In this document: piece after piece, positions 56,565-64,000 of the stretch | Layout of the letters: each line of letters opens with the position of its first letter | Numbering within the stretch: position 1 is the stretch's first letter | Source of the DNA: Amoeboaphelidium protococcarum X5 | Lineage: Eukaryota > Fungi > Aphelidiomycota | DNA length: 64,000 nucleotides | Assembly (NCBI GenBank): GCA_023515725.1 | Contig: JALDTO010000206.1 | Location: 578,189 to 642,188 of the forward strand | Reading direction: 5' to 3' | Notes under the pieces: model-generated | Seen by the model: only the letters and a program-made list of their open reading frames with translations | What the model was told of the DNA's origin: nothing | Databases searched by the model: none | Program-made: the position numbers and the translations under genes

Positions 56565-58403
56565 TCATTTCTTAGCCACCTGGAACTTTCTTCTAGGCTC
56601 AGCTTTACGTTTATTAAATGCTTTTCCGTTCTTTGATCCATAACTACTCTTCTTCTCTGTACCTGATCTTCTAGTGTCAACTGAGGGAGTTGATTTTACA
56701 ACTTTATCAATCTTGCTCTTTTTAAATACTGACCTTTCGCGTTTCCCCAGTCTTTTGCGCTTAGTGGCAACACCGTTCTCATTTCTATCAGATGCTTATT
56801 CATCATCACAGCTTCTTAGTTTTTCAGCCTGATGCCTATCAACTGCTCTCAGGACATTAAGGACTCTTCCGCCAATGTGCACCCCACTAGACATCTCAGG
56901 CATAAATTTGAAGCGCGACATCTGTTGCATTAGTGATGGCGATACTTTACTCGCCTCCTCCAAGACTTTTTCAGCATCCGGACTCTTGTAATAACACACA
57001 AAAGCTGAGCCTTTGGACTTGCCATTCATCTAATCTTTGACTATTTTCACGTACTTTACGGGACCAAACTGAGAAAATTTCTTGAAAACCTATTGCTCCG
57101 TAGAGTCAAATGGCAGATTACGGACGAACACAGTGCCTTGATCATCGAAATGCTATTGCTCTCTCTTTCTACTTAAATGGTCACCTTACGCGTCTTGTTC
57201 CACATCTTCATCTTCAGAGTCGTCACTCATAATCAGAATATCATTTGGACCAGAAGAAGGACTAACAGTCTCAATATCAGACAGCTCTTCCTCCGAGTTA
57301 CTTTGTTCAGCATCATCTTCGGCCAAAGGAACTTCATCAGCCGCGGGCTAATCATTTACTGCACTTTCTTCTGCAATTTGCTACTTCTATCTCAAATACT
57401 GATTCTTTGGCAGTACTTTCTAGATTTGAATCCGTCTATTACCGAGCTATTTGCAAGCTTTCGAATGCAACTGTTCGATCAATAACTATACAGCAGTGTC
57501 ATCACTCATAGACACAAACGCGTAACCCAACATTTTACCATCCTCACGCTTAGGTACTGTGATTTCAACCGCGTATCCATACTATTGTAGAACTGAAAGC
57601 AGACACTCTTCAATACTTTTAAATTTCTAAGAGAATTTAAATGGCAGATTCTTGATCATAATCCGATAATCGCGTTTGGCATCCTATAGGAGAACTGATG
57701 CATAAGCTTTGAGTCCCAGCTTAGTAAAAGACTCATTTTTGTTCAACACACCAGGAGCACTTTTAGCCACAGCGGGATCCAAAAACAGCAAAGCACAGCG
57801 CGACTCTACAATAGTCTTTTCCTCTTTGCCACTTGATAAGCTGTAGATATGATACGGATACTCCACTTCGCTCACTTTACCACAATGAGTCTCAGCTATA
57901 GACTGAATATTCTCCACGGCATCTTTGCTTAAAGCGCGCCCTTCCACAATTACTAATCTGGCATTGTGCTTCATCTATTTAATGAATTCAATCTACTCTC
58001 TCTTCATATCATATTTGCTAGCCGCATCTACAGCTGATTTAGATGGATCTTCTGTGGGAACACATGGCTGCATTTTATCAGCACGGTGTCGATGCTTGCT
58101 ATAAGATAGCTTTAAATTCACACCGCTAAATTTCACTTTCTGCAGCATAGATAGCGCCTTCTCCGCATCTTCCGGCACCAAGTACTAAACGAATCCATAT
58201 GCAGAAGATTGCTGCTTCACACCATCTTTGGATTTCTTGCCAGCGATGATAAAGCAAAAGCGAATAGGACCAACCTCGGAGAAGAAGGCTTCCAATTCCT
58301 ACTGCTCACAATCCAGCGGGATATTACGCACATGCAACGTAGTACGCGAATACTCTGCCGATTCTTTCTACTATTACTTACGGTTATTTTCAACGTGTTC
58401 CAT
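56565..58403 (-). CDS. Multi-RRM nucleolar protein, Nop4/RBM28-like, 612 aa
   Basis: TLHVRNIP..FFSEVGPIRFCFI, IMIKNLPF..LGYAFV, acidic linker, GTVFVRNLPFDSTE..FGPVKY..SKGSAFV..GRVLNVLRAVDR. Confidence 0.8.
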
Positions 58404-58602
58404 ATTAATATCAACTGTCTGATCGCTTTAGAACTGAGAGAGATTAACACGATTTTGCGCGTTTTGCACTTGATCATTCAACACAGAGCGAGTGAGAGAC
58501 ATTTAGACAGACAGATACGCTTGCAAAAGTGATGAAATAAAGATATCAAAAATAATATTGCAAAAATCATGTCATGTATTGCTCATTGCGTAAAATTTAT
58601 AC

Positions 58603-60030
58603 TCATTATAAGTTGAGAAGTTAGGCAAACTTTCGATCAATAAGATCATCGATAGAGTGTAAGAGTTATTTCGCCATTTCTTCATTGTGCCGCATGAGGT
58701 CCAACTAAATGTTATTGACACTCCGAAGTACCTGCTCTTTAAACAACATCAGCTCTTGCTACTTTTACATTTCAACTTCTTCTTCTTCTTTTCCCTTATC
58801 ATCAGCCAGATTCAAGTCATCAGTTTATGTTTATACAGACTGTCGGGAAACCGCAATAGAGGTGATCTTGTTAGCAGTAGTTTTTGCGCTAGTTTAGGAT
58901 GAAGCATTTATCAATTGTGGTATGATTGCATCACATTAAATGCCTTTATCAGCCTTCTCTAGATCTTTCTCTAAACGAATCTCTTCCAATTCGGCATCAT
59001 TCCTAGCAATAACAGAATTATAATCTGCAACTTAAATCTTCGTACTAGAATCTAAACTAGTTGCAAGTAATAGATGTGCAGCAGGCGTCTATTTAAATGA
59101 CACGCATTGTACTGGATGTCCAAAATTATCTATATGCAGCAGAGCTTAAGAAGAACTATGTGACAGATTGTAAATCAACACTTCTCCAGCAGCTGCTGTG
59201 GCAATAGCAAGCGTGCTACCATCAGCATAAAAACTTAAACTAATCAGAGGGATGTCACTTACCTGGATACTCTTGACCACTTTCAATTTTTCCACATCAT
59301 ATAAGCACATTGATCCATCATGGGAAGCTGAGAGCATCAGGTATTTGTTATACGGACTAAATTCTATACAAGATATCTATTTAGAATGAGAGGAGAATAC
59401 TTGAACGCTTTAGAGGTCTTTAATAGTCATAAGTTAAACTCTACCGTCACTATAACCGACGGATATCAAATCTTTTCTAAACCGCGATGCACTTAATGCT
59501 GTAATTTTATGGTCAGTAGTATCATCACAAATTACTCTACTCTGAGACTCTTTACTAAATCGATTGAATGTTGTGACAGCACGCTTCATACTATCACAAA
59601 GTACAATATTCTACTAATCTACAGTGATGCACAGGAAGTCAGCTGTATGTTCCAGTGTCATACAACGTGTCCAACTGAGGGAATGCCGGTCAAATAGCTA
59701 AAGTATATTATATCCATCTACAACAGCCAGCAAACGCTCTCCACCAAAAGAATTTCCAATGAATGCCGCCTATTTAAATCCCACGTTATTTCCACCATCA
59801 ATTTACTGTACAGATTTCAGTCTATCATCAAGAATTTCCACGCATTATAAAGACTGGTTGATGAAACAACACAGCTTTGAACTTTTAGACCAACTAAGTG
59901 ACACAGGACTCCAAGCAGTTTTGGCACTCAATTCGTCAATGAGATTTATTTCGCCATTATTACTATTCTTGTGCAAGAGATAGCCACAAACTTTAGATTT
60001 GCCAGTGACAACTAATAAAAGATTCTCCAT
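58603..60030 (-). CDS. WD40 protein with C-terminal helical tail, NEDD1/GCP-WD-like
   Basis: WD repeats (FSPYNKYLMLSASHDGSMCLYDV; PLISLSFYADGSTLAIATAAGEVLIYNL; HPVQCVSF) and an acidic coiled-coil end. Confidence 0.6.
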
Positions 60031-60210
60031 GTTAAAAGGTAAAGCGATCAGGACGAGTACTACTTGACTAGTAACAAAAGATAATAAAGAGAGACAGAGC
60101 GAGAGAAAGATTCTCTGAGGGGGAAGGAACGGGTAAGATCATTACGGTGAAACAGTTTCAATAAGTTCTTGGAAATTTCTCGGTGAATTAACGCGACATT
60201 CCAACAGCCG

Positions 60211-60220
60211 TGACGCGTCA
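60211..60220. promoter_or_regulatory. Palindrome TGACGCGTCA (MCB core ACGCGT) in the NEDD1-like/TRR1 divergent intergenic region
   Basis: Perfect 10-bp palindrome 180 bp upstream of the NEDD1-like start. Function inferred only from motif similarity. Confidence 0.3.
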
Positions 60221-60716
60221 TTTTGCATTACTTTTGCACGCATCTTGCTCGGATTGTAATTATCACTTTCGTATGTTGCATCATGCTCCATCTTAGTGAC
60301 GATTTATGATTGGAAAGATTTTAATCGTTCGTGAGAGATAGTAGCACTCTGAATCAGCTATTTAACGCTTGGATTGTATTAAAGAACCTCTTCAATTCTT
60401 TTATAACAATTATATAAAATGATGAATTACCGAATGAGTGGTAACTAATAAATGAATACTATGGTTATGATATATTTAGTCTTAACAAAGCAACCAACCA
60501 TAATGATGCGTTACGTCATCTTAATCAGCCAGCCGCTCGGCTAAGAAGCTACCGAGCCGATTCCTGAAATTTCTATTCCACAATTTAACTTTTGATTTAG
60601 ATTAATCTTACCAATTACTCTTAAATTAAATCTCTATTAAGAGCAATATTTTCAAGATTATCAATATACTTAAATTTTTTAATAGAAATCTCACTGCTTC
60701 ATCTAAAGTGTTGAAA

Positions 60717-61766
60717 ATGCCTCCAGTCGCCAATTCGGAAAAGCTTGTGCACTAGGTTGTTATTATTGGTAGCGGACCTGCTGCGCATACTGCAGCAATT
60801 TACTTGGGACGCGCATAGCTTAAGCCTGTGCTGTATGAAGGATTTCTCGCTGGTGGTGTGGCTCCTGGTGGATAGCTTACCACTACTACTGAAGTAGAGA
60901 ATTTCCCTGGCTTTCCTGAAGGTATTACCGGCTCGCAGCTGATGGACCGGATGCGGGAGTAGAGTGTGAAGTGTGAGACCACTATCCATACGGAGACTAT
61001 TGCTAAGGTGGACTTTTCGTAGCGACCGTTCAAGCTATGGACTGAAGCTTAGGTTGAAGAGAATGCAGAGCCTGTGCTCACTCACTCTGTCATATTGGCT
61101 ACTGGTGCCACAGCTAGACGCATGTATATTCCGGGTGAGGACAAGTACTGGAATGCCGGTATCTCAGCTTGTGCTGTGTGTGATGGAGCAGCCCCAATTT
61201 TCCGTAATAAGCCTCTAGCCGTAGTGGGCGGTGGTGATACTGCTTGTGAGGAGGCTACATATCTGACGCGATATGCATCCAAGGTGTTCCTGCTTGTTCG
61301 CCGTAATCAGCTGAGAGCTAGTAAAGTTATGCAGGAGCGTGTGATGAAGAATCCAAAGGTTGAGATCATGTGGAATGCTGTGCCAGTTGAAGCACAGGGA
61401 GAGAAATTGTTGAAGAAATTGGTCATCCATGCCAGCGAGCCTACCACTGGTAAGCCTTATGATAAGGATCATGCCAGCTTCCAAGAGTCGACTCTGGAGG
61501 TTAGCGGATTGTTTTATGCTATTGGACACGTGCCAAATACTAGTTTTATCAAGGATGAAAAGACTGGAAAGTTGCAATTGAAAACTGATGCTGAAGGATA
61601 CATTTTACATGAGCATCCTGGTCAAAGTACCATGACATCGATTGAAGGTGTGTTTGCCGCTGGAGACGTTGTTGACAAGCAGTACAGACAGGCTGTTACT
61701 GCCGCAGGTAGTGGATGTGCTAGTGCGTTGGATTGCGAAAGATGGCTTGAAGGTTAGGATTAGTGA
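60717..61766 (+). CDS. TRR1: Low-MW (fungal/bacterial-type) thioredoxin reductase
   Basis: IIGSGPAAHTAAIY, GGQLTTTTEVENFPGFP, ISACAVCDG, VVGGGDTACEEA, FAAGDVVDKQYRQAVTAAGSG. Confidence 0.97.
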
Positions 61767-61887
61767 TTATTTCATCAGGACCTCGATCATTCATTTCTGT
61801 GTGAGTGTTAATTGACTTGATTGAAGGCAATAAAAATTCAAAACTAATTATTAATTTCACTTGACACTTTATAGATTATTCTAAATA

Positions 61888-62879
<992 letters not shown>

Positions 62880-63023
62880 ATTAATAAAGTGAATGAAATT
62901 GCAGATCCTCTTACTTTGCAAAAACGTTACGCGTAAAAAAAATCTAGACTATCATAGTACTATAAAAGTCAAAATATGAGAATTGCTGAAATTTTATAAA
63001 TTCACCTAAAACGAACACTGTAA

Positions 63024-63962
63024 TCATATGTCAAACTTGACTTTGGTCAACTCTTCACTCAAGTTCCAGAGTTTCTTGGCAACTTCCATGTCTTGACCAA
63101 CTGGCGCAGTCTTGGCCACAACTACGCCATTGCCGCGGAATTCTTTGAACCCATTCGGACCATAGTATTCACCTGGCTGGGCACCATCATCCACCGCTGC
63201 GTATATAGAAGGCAATGCTCCATTATCAGCTCCCTGCATAAACGGAATAAATGGCGAAATCAAGATTATCTGCCAGAAAGAGGCATTGCGACCCAGATTT
63301 GTCAGGCTAACTCCAGGATGAACAGAGCACACAACAAGCTTCTTTAAATCTTGACTCTCTGCGGCGCATCTCTGTAACTCCTTGGTGAACAAAATATTCG
63401 CTAGCTTAGAATTAGAATACACTGGCCATAGCGAGTACGATTTTTCACTCTGGAAATCTTCAAAGTCAATTTTACCATTCTGATGTGCCAGAGAGGAGAC
63501 ATTAACTACACGCGGAGCATCCGACTTCTTCAACAGAGGCAGCAACAGACCAGTAAGAGCAAAATGCCCCAAATGATTAGTACCAATAGTCAACTCGAAT
63601 CCATCCTTGGTTTACTCGCGAGTAGAGCCAGCCACCACACCAGCGTTATTAACCAGAATATCAACACGCGGATACTTGTGCTTCTCGCTGACATCAGTGA
63701 CGAACTAGCGCACACTATCCAGAGAGGCCAAGTCGAGACTACCAACTTGTACCTTATCAACATTACCAATCGCCTTCTTCATTTCATCCACAGCCTCAAC
63801 TCCTTTCTTTTCAGACCTTACGGCCAGCAGCACGTTAGCACCCTTCCTAGCAAGCTCCAGCGCAGTATAATAACCCAAACCTTTCACGCTGGCACCGGTC
63901 ACAATAACATACTTATCGCTCAAATCTGGAATATCACTCAATTTCCAATCTTCTGGTTTCAT
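63024..63962 (-). CDS. Short-chain dehydrogenase/reductase (RDH12/WWOX-like), 312 aa
   Basis: [55 protein letters not shown]. Confidence 0.93.
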
Positions 63963-64000
63963 TATGATTAAAATGCTGATGTTGTTCGTTAATTGTTAAA

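Noticed and set aside
60717-61766. Bacterial contamination or HGT of low-MW thioredoxin reductase
   Set aside because: This type is the normal fungal Trr1, and the gene uses the host TAG=Gln code.

Overview
Gene-dense eukaryotic (fungus-related opisthokont) nuclear DNA that uses a non-standard genetic code: TAA and TAG encode Gln and TGA is the only stop (translation table 6). This explains why the supplied standard-code ORF track is fragmented. The code plus the gene content point to an aphelid such as Amoeboaphelidium protococcarum (inference). Re-reading by hand gives 35 protein-coding genes with few short introns (38-72 nt): TDP1, AACS, YML020W-like hydrolase, CAP-C/SEC-C protein, NOP10, two RRM proteins, CHD1 (frameshifted in the SLIDE domain), metaxin-like, SWIRM protein, Munc13/MUN-like, GT31, IQGAP, STOML2, nucleoside hydrolase, GRAM-VASt, WD40, a head-to-head pair of half-size ABCA transporters, MTFP1, a bacterial-type D-Ala-D-Ala-ligase-like ATP-grasp enzyme, LIM protein, a head-to-head pair of secreted BPI/LBP-like proteins, bZIP, ZFAND2-like, PLD6-like, Nop4-like, NEDD1-like, TRR1, PHYHD1, an SDR and a few hypotheticals. 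The main unexplained non-coding structure is a ~750-bp array at 18.68-19.43 kb of alternating 189/181-bp units (370-bp dimer) carrying paired TGAGGAC-N6-GTCCTCA palindromes. No tRNA, rRNA, CRISPR array or transposase was recognised. All family calls come from motif recognition, not database searches.
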